Positions 50,448 to 58,335 of a stretch of DNA of 64,000 nucleotides are shown in pieces. How positions within the stretch are numbered: the stretch's first letter is position 1; every line of letters begins with the position of its first letter. Position numbers and translations under genes: made by a program. Origin of the DNA: a virus; the IMG/VR virus record IMGVR_UViG_3300037140_000076, positions 32,001 through 96,000 of that record; one strand, 5' to 3'. The notes under the pieces were generated by a model. That model was not told the DNA's origin. It saw only the letters and a list, made by a program, of their open reading frames with translations, and did not search any database.

Positions 50448-50527
50448 ACCTTCGTGACTTATACGAAATGGCACAGTTACCGGTCTTAGAAACCGGGTCC
50501 TTGTGGGTTCGACTCCCACCGAAGGTA
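50448..50527 (+). tRNA. tRNA-Leu(TAG)
   Basis: CCGGT-CTTAGAA-ACCGG; ACCTTCG/CGAAGGT. Confidence 0.82.
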
Positions 50528-50564
50528 CAATGTTTCCCTTATTAATGAGGTAAACAATTTATAA

Positions 50565-50644
50565 CCCTCTGTGGCTTATAGAAATAGGTACACTTAACCG
50601 ACTTAAAATCGGAGCTTGTCATGGTTCGAATCCATGCAGGGGGA
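50565..50644 (+). tRNA. tRNA-Leu(TAA), weak D-arm
   Basis: CCGA-CTTAAAA-TCGG; CATGG-TTCGAAT-CCATG. Confidence 0.75.
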
Positions 50645-50649
50645 CATAC

Positions 50650-50736
50650 GGAAGGCCCCAGTTGACTGAGGTACACGGTCCTGAACACCGCTAGGAGGCT
50701 AATACCCTTGTAAGAGTTGGACTCTCTTGCTTTCCG
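50650..50736 (+). tRNA. tRNA-Ser(TGA)
   Basis: GGAAGGC/GCTTTCC-G; CGGT-CCTGAAC-ACCG; long variable arm. Confidence 0.78.
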
Positions 50737-50854
50737 CTTTATATCTTTTAACATATAAAATCAGTAATATATTACCGATTATATCTAATAACGTATAATA
50801 AGGTAGAATATTTTGCAACAATCGGCAATTTATTACCGATTTTGCCGAAAGTTT

Positions 50855-50938
50855 GGAAAGTTAATTAGCAAGAGCTAACCCTCCCCGCTAAGGAGTGGGA
50901 CCGGGAAACTGGTTGTGGTTCGTGTCCACAACTTTCCG
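50855..50938 (+). tRNA. tRNA-Ser(GCT)
   Basis: GGAAAGT/ACTTTCC-G; CTCC-CCGCTAA-GGAG; long variable arm. Confidence 0.8.
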
Positions 50939-50986
50939 CAAGAGGAAACATTTGGAAGTTTCCTCTTTATTTCGTATGTTTGTAAA

Positions 50987-51433
50987 ATGAAAAAGATATG
51001 TTCAAAATGCAATATTGAAAAAGAAGTACAAGATTTCAATAAACGCACAAACAGTAAAGACGGATATGATCCAAGATGTAGAACTTGTACAAAAGAACGA
51101 GATGTTTTAAGATATACTAAAAATCCCAAACTTTTTAAAGAAAGGGCAAAAGTTAAAAACACTTTTATAAGAGATAGAAACAGACAATTTTTAATTGAAT
51201 ATTTAATTGATAAATCATGTATTGATTGTGGAGAAACCGATGCTGTTGTATTGGAGTTCGATCATATAGAACCTTCAACAAAAATTGATTGTATTTCAGA
51301 AATGATTCCACGATCAAGTATTGAAAATATTAAAACTGAATTAAATAAATGTGAAATAAGATGTGCAAATTGTCATAGAAGAAAAACAGCTAAACAATTT
51401 GGCTGGAAAAGAAAACACCTGGAATTATGTTAA
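50987..51433 (+). CDS. HNH homing endonuclease
   Basis: CSKC...CRTC; CIDCGE...LEFDH...CANCHRRKT; own promoter at 50951-50982; start moved to MKKIC. Confidence 0.88.
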   Translation: MKKICSKCNIEKEVQDFNKRTNSKDGYDPRCRTCTKERDVLRYTKNPKLFKERAKVKNTFIRDRNRQFLIEYLIDKSCIDCGETDAVVLEFDHIEPSTKIDCISEMIPRSSIENIKTELNKCEIRCANCHRRKTAKQFGWKRKHLELC

Positions 51434-51457
51434 GATTAGATAAAACTTTACTCTTAT

Positions 51458-51528
51458 TGATTGAATACCAGGGCAGTAGGCACTGTCTGTAAAACAGAGG
51501 CACGTAGGTTCGAGTCCTACTCAGTCAA
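51458..51528 (+). tRNA. tRNA-Tyr(GTA), short variable region
   Basis: CTGT-CTGTAAA-ACAG; GTAGG-TTCGAGT-CCTAC. Confidence 0.75.
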
Positions 51529-51532
51529 CAAA

Positions 51533-51751
51533 TTATAACTGAATTTTGTTATAAATTTGGAAATTTGAAAAAGTATTATTAAGTTTGCAGTTAAGATTAT
51601 GAAACAGACTATCAACACGCGATTTTTTTGGCATCAACCGACCCCTCAAGGTCCAAGGGCTAAAGTTATGCGTGATACAGATATAGGTTAAATAATCTCT
51701 TTTCTGCTTGCAACTTTTCAACCCTTGATTTTTCTAAACCGAGGGTTTTTT
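51533..51751 (+). promoter_or_regulatory. operator, promoter and attenuator leader 3 before the Pro/Thr/Phe/Gln/His/Arg/Trp tRNA array
   Basis: 22-bp palindrome, TTTG-N20-TAAGTTTG, leader ORF 51599-51691, terminator AACCCTTG...CGAGGGTT-TTTT. Confidence 0.8.
51599..51691 (+). CDS. leader peptide MKQTINTRFFWHQPTPQGPRAKVMRDTDIG
   Basis: 11 consecutive codons TRFFWHQPTPQ matching the downstream tRNAs. Confidence 0.75.
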   Translation: MKQTINTRFFWHQPTPQGPRAKVMRDTDIG

Positions 51752-51755
51752 ATTT

Positions 51756-51831
51756 CTAGTAATGGAGGAGTCCGGCCATCCTCGCGTGCCCTGGAAGCAT
51801 GAGAACCCAGGTTCAAATCCTGGTTACTAGA
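51756..51831 (+). tRNA. tRNA-Pro(TGG)
   Basis: CGTGC-CCTGGAA-GCATG. Confidence 0.85.
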
Positions 51832-51836
51832 CAAAT

Positions 51837-51908
51837 TCCTCTTAAGCTTTAATGGTGAAGCTCCAGTTTTGTAAACTGGTGAATGGGGATCGTTACCTCA
51901 AAGAGGAT
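51837..51908 (+). tRNA. tRNA-Thr(TGT)
   Basis: CCAGT-TTTGTAA-ACTGG; atypical T-loop ATCGTTA. Confidence 0.8.
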
Positions 51909-51992
51909 CGAAGCCGGTTACCAAAATGTAAAAAAGCCGCCAGAACGTGTCTGGTTACTTGTTAAGACAAGTTGTAAAAAAGTTTGGGTTAT

Positions 51993-52067
51993 GTGTCTTG
52001 GGCAGGTCTGGTGACATTGCATCCGTTTGAAGAACGGACTAACAAGGTTCGATTCCTTGAGGATACG
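51993..52067 (+). tRNA. tRNA-Phe(GAA)
   Basis: TCCGT-TTGAAGA-ACGGA. Confidence 0.82.
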
Positions 52068-52072
52068 CTTAT

Positions 52073-52144
52073 TCCTGGATCGTATAACGTGTAGTACAGC
52101 CGTCTCTGACACGGTTAGCAATTGTTCGACTCAGTTTCCGGGAA
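52073..52144 (+). tRNA. tRNA-Gln(CTG)
   Basis: GCCGT-CTCTGAC-ACGGT. Confidence 0.82.
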
Positions 52145-52149
52145 CTTAA

Positions 52150-52220
52150 ACCCCTTTAGCATAAAGGTAATGCTGGTGGCCTTGACCCACCAGAAGTTCG
52201 GTCGGTACGAGCAGGGGGTT
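52150..52220 (+). tRNA. tRNA-Gln(TTG)
   Basis: GGTGG-CCTTGAC-CCACC; atypical T-loop GTCGGTA. Confidence 0.75.
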
Positions 52221-52222
52221 CT

Positions 52223-52292
52223 GTGAATCTAGTTCAATGGTAGAACGGCTGGCTGTGAACCAGGCAATTAGGGTTCGATCCCCGGTTTCACA
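52223..52292 (+). tRNA. tRNA-His(GTG)
   Basis: CTGG-CTGTGAA-CCAG; D-arm GTTC-AATGGTA-GAAC. Confidence 0.8.
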
Positions 52293-52338
52293 CAACGCAT
52301 GAATTTTTAATAAAAATTCATGCAAAATATTAACATAA

Positions 52339-52410
52339 CCTCCTTTCGTTCAACGAATAGGACCTCTGGCAACGAACCAGAAAATAAAGGTTTGATTCCT
52401 TTAGGGAGGT
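52339..52410 (+). tRNA. tRNA-Arg(ACG)
   Basis: TCTGG-CAACGAA-CCAGA. Confidence 0.8.
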
Positions 52411-52415
52411 CAATT

Positions 52416-52484
52416 ACGTGCCAGGCTAAGGCAGCCAAGCAAACTCCAAATCTGTAGGAGATAGTTCGATTCTATCGGTGCGTG
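52416..52484 (+). tRNA. tRNA-Trp(CCA)
   Basis: loop CTCCAAA; GATAG-TTCGATT-CTATC; imperfect anticodon stem. Confidence 0.7.
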
Positions 52485-53048
52485 CAAATTATAACAAAAA
52501 GCAATTATAATTACTTTTTGTGATAATATTCACACAAAATTTTGTGATAAATGTTGGAAGTGTCAAAAGTATTGTTTTACTTTGCACCCAACTTTCACCA
52601 GTAAAGGACACGCCACCACGAAAAAACAATGATATGAAGTGGCGCAACTACGTCTTGGCTTTTTTTGGGGGAACCTACGGAGGGGGGCCTCACCCCTCTC
52701 ATATTATTGATTTATAATACGTTAAATGATTACCGGGTAATTTACTGGGCCTGGTAAAGCTTATAATTTGGTTATGTGCTTTGAATTACATATATTTACA
52801 GAGGTAAAAAGCACAAAAAATATAAAAAGAGATTCAAGGGGATCATTTAAGATATTACCATCACAAAAATTCCTATCTGGTTATAATCAAAAAACGTAAT
52901 CTGCGTCCATTTAAAACGTTTAAGCAGATGGCAGTGAATTAGGAAACACTGTTGCCCGGTGGTATAAAAGATGCAATTTATTGCATCTTTTTTTATTTAA
53001 CATAGTCTTAACTTGGTTTTATAATAAAAAACAGTTACATTTGCAAGT

Positions 53049-53396
53049 ATGAGAGCGTTGAAGATAGAAAAAAAGACTGATTCGAAAACTCAACAGATAA
53101 AGCTTGTATTATCAATCATTTGTCTATTGAATAATATTACTCTCTCAGAAACAGATTATATATCTCTTGCTTTTTTTATTCAGTATAAAATGAGCCACAA
53201 AACCGATGATTTGATAATCAAGAGTGGGGTGGTCAAGAACATGGACGTTTTAAGAAACGTTAAAACCAGGTTATGTAAGAAAGGATTTTTAAAAAGAGAT
53301 CCTAAAGAATACAAAACCTATGATTTGAACATGAGTGCGGGGGAGTTTAATTGGGAAGACAATGATATTCGATTAATTATAAAACTCAATAATTGA
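53049..53396 (+). CDS. hypothetical protein, possible winged helix
   Basis: promoter TACATTTG upstream; LRNVKTRLCKKGFL. Confidence 0.65.
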   Translation: MRALKIEKKTDSKTQQIKLVLSIICLLNNITLSETDYISLAFFIQYKMSHKTDDLIIKSGVVKNMDVLRNVKTRLCKKGFLKRDPKEYKTYDLNMSAGEFNWEDNDIRLIIKLNN

Positions 53397-53746
53397 AAAA
53401 TATTGACTATATAATTTTGAAGACCTCCAGGGACATGGATATTCCTAAAGAAAAGGTTAAGATAATAGTGGATACCTATTGGGATGGAGTGTATAAAAAA
53501 CTTTTAAATTTAGATTCTACAACTGTTTTTATAAGGAATGTGGGGCTGATAACAATAAGTAAATTTAAATTAAGAAAGTTTATTTATAAATTTATTGATA
53601 AAATAAGATTTTTAAATAAAGGAGATAATTATTCTGAACAACAAAAACAAAAACTCAATCCTCTTTATATTAAAAAATTGAGGAAAGCTCTTTCTCAAAG
53701 AAACATTATTGCTAAAGACTACGCTAAAAAATTTGGAAACACATGA
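53393..53746 (+). CDS. HU/IHF-like DNA-binding protein
   Basis: I....S....IPKEKVKIIVDTYW...VFIRNVG.I pattern; position upstream of terminase. Confidence 0.5.
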   Translation: MKNIDYIILKTSRDMDIPKEKVKIIVDTYWDGVYKKLLNLDSTTVFIRNVGLITISKFKLRKFIYKFIDKIRFLNKGDNYSEQQKQKLNPLYIKKLRKALSQRNIIAKDYAKKFGNT

Positions 53747-54132
53747 GTTTAAGAAAAACTTTTGGTGAGTATTTGGACATGGTGAAGAATGGTTTTAAAA
53801 ACAAAGATAAGATCATTGAAGCAATGCAGGTCTCTGCTATGATAAAGAACGGGAAGATTGGAAATGGTTTGGAGGTTACTAATGAGGCTGTTGCTGAAAT
53901 ACTTAAAAGGAAAGATATTTGTGCTGAGTGTCCTTTCAATAGTAGAAACACAAATAAAGAAACTTATAAATCTAATTTACCCTGGGAGCATTGTACTCTT
54001 TGTAAATGCAGGATAGGATATGATGATAGCAAAGAATATTGTTTATCTTGTGTATGTGGAGCCGAAGCCTGGAATGAAATGAATCCTGATATGGAACCGA
54101 TGGAAGTGAAATGGACAGCATTTAAAAACTAA
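53743..54132 (+). CDS. Cys-rich Zn-binding phage protein
   Basis: RKDICAECPF...CTLCKC...CLSCVCG. Confidence 0.7.
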   Translation: MSLRKTFGEYLDMVKNGFKNKDKIIEAMQVSAMIKNGKIGNGLEVTNEAVAEILKRKDICAECPFNSRNTNKETYKSNLPWEHCTLCKCRIGYDDSKEYCLSCVCGAEAWNEMNPDMEPMEVKWTAFKN

Positions 54133-55235
54133 AAATAAATATTATGTGCGTAGTTAGTATGGTAGGAGATCATTACTCCGATAAATTTAAGGATGATTGG
54201 TATAAAAGGTTTGTACCTTGGACTCCTCCTTCTACTTCCCCTTATACGCCAAATCCTTTGAGTATACCAACATTTATTCCAATGGCAACAAAGGAAGAGT
54301 TTGATGTTTTAAAGAAAGAAGTTGAAGAAATGAAAAAACTTTTAATTAGAGCAAAGATATACGATGAAAAAAACAATGAACCAGATTGCGAAATAGATGC
54401 CAAGATAGAGCTTCTTAAAAAGTTTGCAGAGTTGGTTGGTATAGACTTAAGTGACATTTTTAAAAAAACAACATGAAAAAAAGCACAAAGATTATTTTAT
54501 TTGTAATATTTCTTGTAAGTATCCTTTTTTATAGTATCTTTGTATCAGCACAAAACCCAATAAAGAAGTTTCATCCTGCGACTTATGAATCTGATAGTGT
54601 TGTTTATGTTCGTGGTGATCAAACTATTTCTGTAAATGATAGCATTGATGTAATTTTTACAGATACTGCAAACTTAATAAGAATTGTTAATATAACTAAA
54701 AAAACAATTCTTAATGTTGAAATAGTACACGCGGTACGTTCAGAAGTTATTGAATCATATAATGAGAAAGGAGAAAAAGAAAATTTAACTGTAGGTTGGT
54801 TTTATTGTTTAGTAAACGATCAAGAGCAAATGGTATTTACAACAATATCTCTTCAAGATGGAGAGATCGCGGGGGTTGGTATAGGCACCGAAACATATTT
54901 TACAGTCATGTCATTAAAAAGAAAGAAACAATACGATAAAAAACTTAAATAAACAGTATGACCACAGAAAGAACGCTTCCAGGTAAGCCTGATAAGCAAA
55001 GAATGCAGACCACACAGCAGATTTTTCATAATCTTCTGGAGATCGTGGAACTTTATCCTCAGTATTCTGTGGCCCAACATGTGGCTGCAATCAGTCGAAG
55101 AAAAAGTTCAACCGGTAAAGATTTATTTCATTGGTCTGATGATGAACTTCTTAAAAAGATCGAAGCTCACAAGACAGAACTCGAAGGAGAAGACATTATG
55201 AATTATGATGATGGTGAAATTGATTAAAATATTTT

Positions 55236-55592
55236 ATGACCATAAAGAAAACGTTTTATATAGACATTTATAGTTGTAATGTGCATGTAACGGCGGCTGA
55301 TGATGTAAGACGATCAATAAATTATTATTTAAAAAAACACGGAGAAAAAATCATAGAGTATGATGTAGAAGGACTTTTTTTCGTTCCTATAGATCAAGTT
55401 TCTGATTATTATTTATTTTTTAATCTTAAAGGTTTAGATGTAAATACTTTGAATCATGAAATATCTCATCTTATTGAAGAAATTTTAATACATCGTCATA
55501 TTAAAGCATCAGGAGAACAGAGAGCGTACTTACACGGATCTACATGTGAAAGAATATATAATTTCTTTAAAAAGAAAAAATGTATTAAATAA
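55236..55592 (+). CDS. HExxH motif protein
   Basis: LNHEISHL...EQRAYL. Confidence 0.6.
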   Translation: MTIKKTFYIDIYSCNVHVTAADDVRRSINYYLKKHGEKIIEYDVEGLFFVPIDQVSDYYLFFNLKGLDVNTLNHEISHLIEEILIHRHIKASGEQRAYLHGSTCERIYNFFKKKKCIK

Positions 55593-55593
55593 C

Positions 55594-55669
55594 GGCCAGG
55601 TACCCAATGCTGGACGCGGGGTTAGTCTGCAAAACTTACTTAACACCAGTTCGATTCTGGTTCTGGTCT
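55594..55669 (+). tRNA. tRNA-Cys(GCA)
   Basis: GGCCAGG/TCTGGTC-T; AGT-CTGCAAA-ACT; ACCAG-TTCGATT-CTGGT. Confidence 0.8.
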
Positions 55670-55681
55670 CAAAAAACAATT

Positions 55682-56125
55682 ATGCCAGCAAAGAAAAAAA
55701 CAAATTTTGTATCTTACGAACTTGCTCGTCTTGATAAATATCTAAAACAACTTACTTCTTATCTTGATGCCCACCCTCCCGATAAAATGGAAGATAGAAT
55801 AGAGTGGATTGAGACTCCCAGAGGTGCAGAAATTCCAAAAGTTATTTCTTCAATAGAAACACAACTCAAAGTGTTTATGTCTACACTGGAAAAACTTCCA
55901 AAACTTTTATCTGACGTTAATAATCTTCGTAAAGAAGTAGAGGGAGGACCAAAAGAAATTGAATTAAGAGGAGGAGCAGAACGCCCAGGATTTATGGATA
56001 ATGATGAACAAACCGGAGATGAATTTGAAGATATTCCAAACGACAAAACACTTCCCCCTTCCACCACAGAAGAAATTAAGGACCCGGAATTTGATGATGA
56101 AACGTACTGGCAGGAGCCTGATTAA
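55682..56125 (+). CDS. hypothetical protein, candidate terminase small subunit
   Basis: starts at MPAKKK after tRNA-Cys; immediately upstream of TerL. Confidence 0.5.
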   Translation: MPAKKKTNFVSYELARLDKYLKQLTSYLDAHPPDKMEDRIEWIETPRGAEIPKVISSIETQLKVFMSTLEKLPKLLSDVNNLRKEVEGGPKEIELRGGAERPGFMDNDEQTGDEFEDIPNDKTLPPSTTEEIKDPEFDDETYWQEPD

Positions 56126-56127
56126 TT

Positions 56128-58230
56128 ATGAGTATAATAACCAGTCCGGAGTTTTTTATTAATATAAAAAAGATACCGGATAAAGCTTCCAAAGAATATC
56201 TGCCCTTCTTCAGGGCAGAAATGAATAAAGTAAAACAGGGTGTAACCATTGCTGGAGTAAGAATTCCAGGATGGTTATATTGGCATATAAACCACTGGGT
56301 AATTGATATAGATGTTCCAGTACAAGGCACAAATATTAATTATGTTGAGCGTAGACCATCACATCCTTTTTTAAGGGATAATGATTGGATTATTGCAGAA
56401 CATATTGAAAGAGCAGAAAGTTTAAAAAAAGGTGTATTACTTCTTGGTACTCGTCAGCTTGGTAAAAGCGAAATAGGAGCTTCTTATAACGGGAGAAGAG
56501 GTATTGCTTTTGAAAATAGTCAAAATGTTATTGCTGGTCTTTCTGATCCGGATTTAAAACTTCTTCTTGGTAAGTTGGATAGAGGGTTTACAAATCTTCA
56601 TCCCTATTTTAAACCAATAAAAATAATAAACGATCCTAAGAAAGAAATTATTCTTGGATATAAAGACCCCCAGGGAGAAAGAGTTAAATATTCTGAATTC
56701 CTAATTCGAAATTTAGATTCAGGAAAGAATACTGAAAACTTAGCGGGTCCTACTACTTCTTCACTTACTTTGGATGAGTGTGGTAAAGGAGATTTCCTTG
56801 AAGCCTTCATTGCTGCTAAACCTGCTCTTGAAACCGCTTATGGTTGGAGAGGTATGCCTTTATTTATAGGGACCTCTGGTAGCTTTGATAAGGCTGAGGA
56901 TCTTCAAAGGTTCCGGGAAAATCTTGACACTTATAATTTTATTGAAGTTGAACTTAAGGATGAAAAAAAACAGGATATATATTTTATTCCAGGTTGGATG
57001 TCATCTCGTGCGAAAAGAAAAAAAATAAGATTATCTACTTATAAAAAAGTACCCAAAGGAAGCGAACTTGATACTATTGCTATTCATGTTGTAGAAAACC
57101 CTGAAGAAGAAATACAAAGAATTTTAGATTATAGAGAGTCATTAAAAGTTGCTGGAGAAATAACATTGATGAAGAAAGAGACAATGTATTATCCTTTAAA
57201 TGAAGAGGAATTATTTTTAATTGATGATAGTGATAATATATTTTCTGATGTAAAAGAAATATGTAAAGCTCATTTACTTTATTTGGAAACAATTGAAGTG
57301 AGTGAAGAATATGGATGGATGACAAGAGACGAAAATGGTAAACCAAAATTCGTTCCAACTAAGAATGCTTTTCCTATTAAAGATTTTCCTGCTGGAGAAC
57401 ATGAAGATAAAGATGCCCCTATTATTATATGGTCCCATCCTATGGAAGGCCAAGAATTCGGGATTTTGCATGTAGGTGGAATTGACCCTTATAACCAGGA
57501 TGAATCATTTTATTCCCCTTCCCTGGGAACCCTATATATTTATCGTAGGACATATGATCCTTTAAAAGGCAATCATCAAGAATCATTTGTTGCTTCATAT
57601 TCTGCTCGTACAAAGACTATATCTAAATGGAGGGAGCAAGTAAGACTTCTTTTAGAATATTACGGAGCTACTGCTTTACCGGAAAATGAAGAGCCGGGTC
57701 TTATTCGTTGGTTTGATGAAAAACATATTGGACATTATCTTGAAGACGGTCTTGATCTAGCAAAGGAAATAAACCCCAATACCACCAGTAATAGAAATAA
57801 AGGATTATCAGCTACTACAGCAAATATAAGATATGGAAATGGTCTTTTAAAATCTCATATTAACGAAGATCTGGTTATGGGCCAGGACCCTTTAAGCGGG
57901 GAGAATATAATAAAGAAAGGAGTAATCCGGATAAAGGATAAGGTTTTATTAAAAGAGGTAATTGCTTATACCCCTGCCATGAGCATTAAAAGTAGGGCAG
58001 GGACCTCTTCAAATGCAAGGACTAAAAAGAAAGCTACCAACGTTGACCGGATTGTAGGGGCAAGACATGCTCTGATCCTGGCAAAATTAAAAGATAAATA
58101 TTTTCCCCTTGCTAAGATAAAGAACCCCCTCTCTACAAATAAGCCTGAAAAAAAGGCTATTAAAAGCCCTTTTACAGGTATAAACAGTCCTTTCGGATCT
58201 CGAAGATTTCCCTTCGGTGGAAAATTATAA
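56128..58230 (+). CDS. terL: terminase large subunit
   Basis: TRQLGKS Walker A, LTLDECGK Walker B, GTSG, GGIDPY nuclease, ENE, NVDRI. Confidence 0.9.
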   Translation: MSIITSPEFFINIKKIPDKASKEYLPFFRAEMNKVKQGVTIAGVRIPGWLYWHINHWVIDIDVPVQGTNINYVERRPSHPFLRDNDWIIAEHIERAESLKKGVLLLGTRQLGKSEIGASYNGRRGIAFENSQNVIAGLSDPDLKLLLGKLDRGFTNLHPYFKPIKIINDPKKEIILGYKDPQGERVKYSEFLIRNLDSGKNTENLAGPTTSSLTLDECGKGDFLEAFIAAKPALETAYGWRGMPLFIGTSGSFDKAEDLQRFRENLDTYNFIEVELKDEKKQDIYFIPGWMSSRAKRKKIRLSTYKKVPKGSELDTIAIHVVENPEEEIQRILDYRESLKVAGEITLMKKETMYYPLNEEELFLIDDSDNIFSDVKEICKAHLLYLETIEVSEEYGWMTRDENGKPKFVPTKNAFPIKDFPAGEHEDKDAPIIIWSHPMEGQEFGILHVGGIDPYNQDESFYSPSLGTLYIYRRTYDPLKGNHQESFVASYSARTKTISKWREQVRLLLEYYGATALPENEEPGLIRWFDEKHIGHYLEDGLDLAKEINPNTTSNRNKGLSATTANIRYGNGLLKSHINEDLVMGQDPLSGENIIKKGVIRIKDKVLLKEVIAYTPAMSIKSRAGTSSNARTKKKATNVDRIVGARHALILAKLKDKYFPLAKIKNPLSTNKPEKKAIKSPFTGINSPFGSRRFPFGGKL

Positions 58231-58335
58231 CAAAATTTAGTGATAATTATAACAAAATTTTGTGATAATTTGTTATAATTTAAAAATAATTGGTAATTTT
58301 GTAGTTACTTTAATTATAATTTGTTATAACTCAAT

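Noticed and set aside
43148-51751. T-box riboswitches as the explanation for the tRNA leaders
   Set aside because: No UGGNACC T-box bulge or long Stem I is present; the leaders are short and carry ORFs with control codons instead.
55546-55734. ORF 55546-55734 and the N-terminal extension of 55607-56125
   Set aside because: They overlap tRNA-Cys; the plausible start is ATG 55682.
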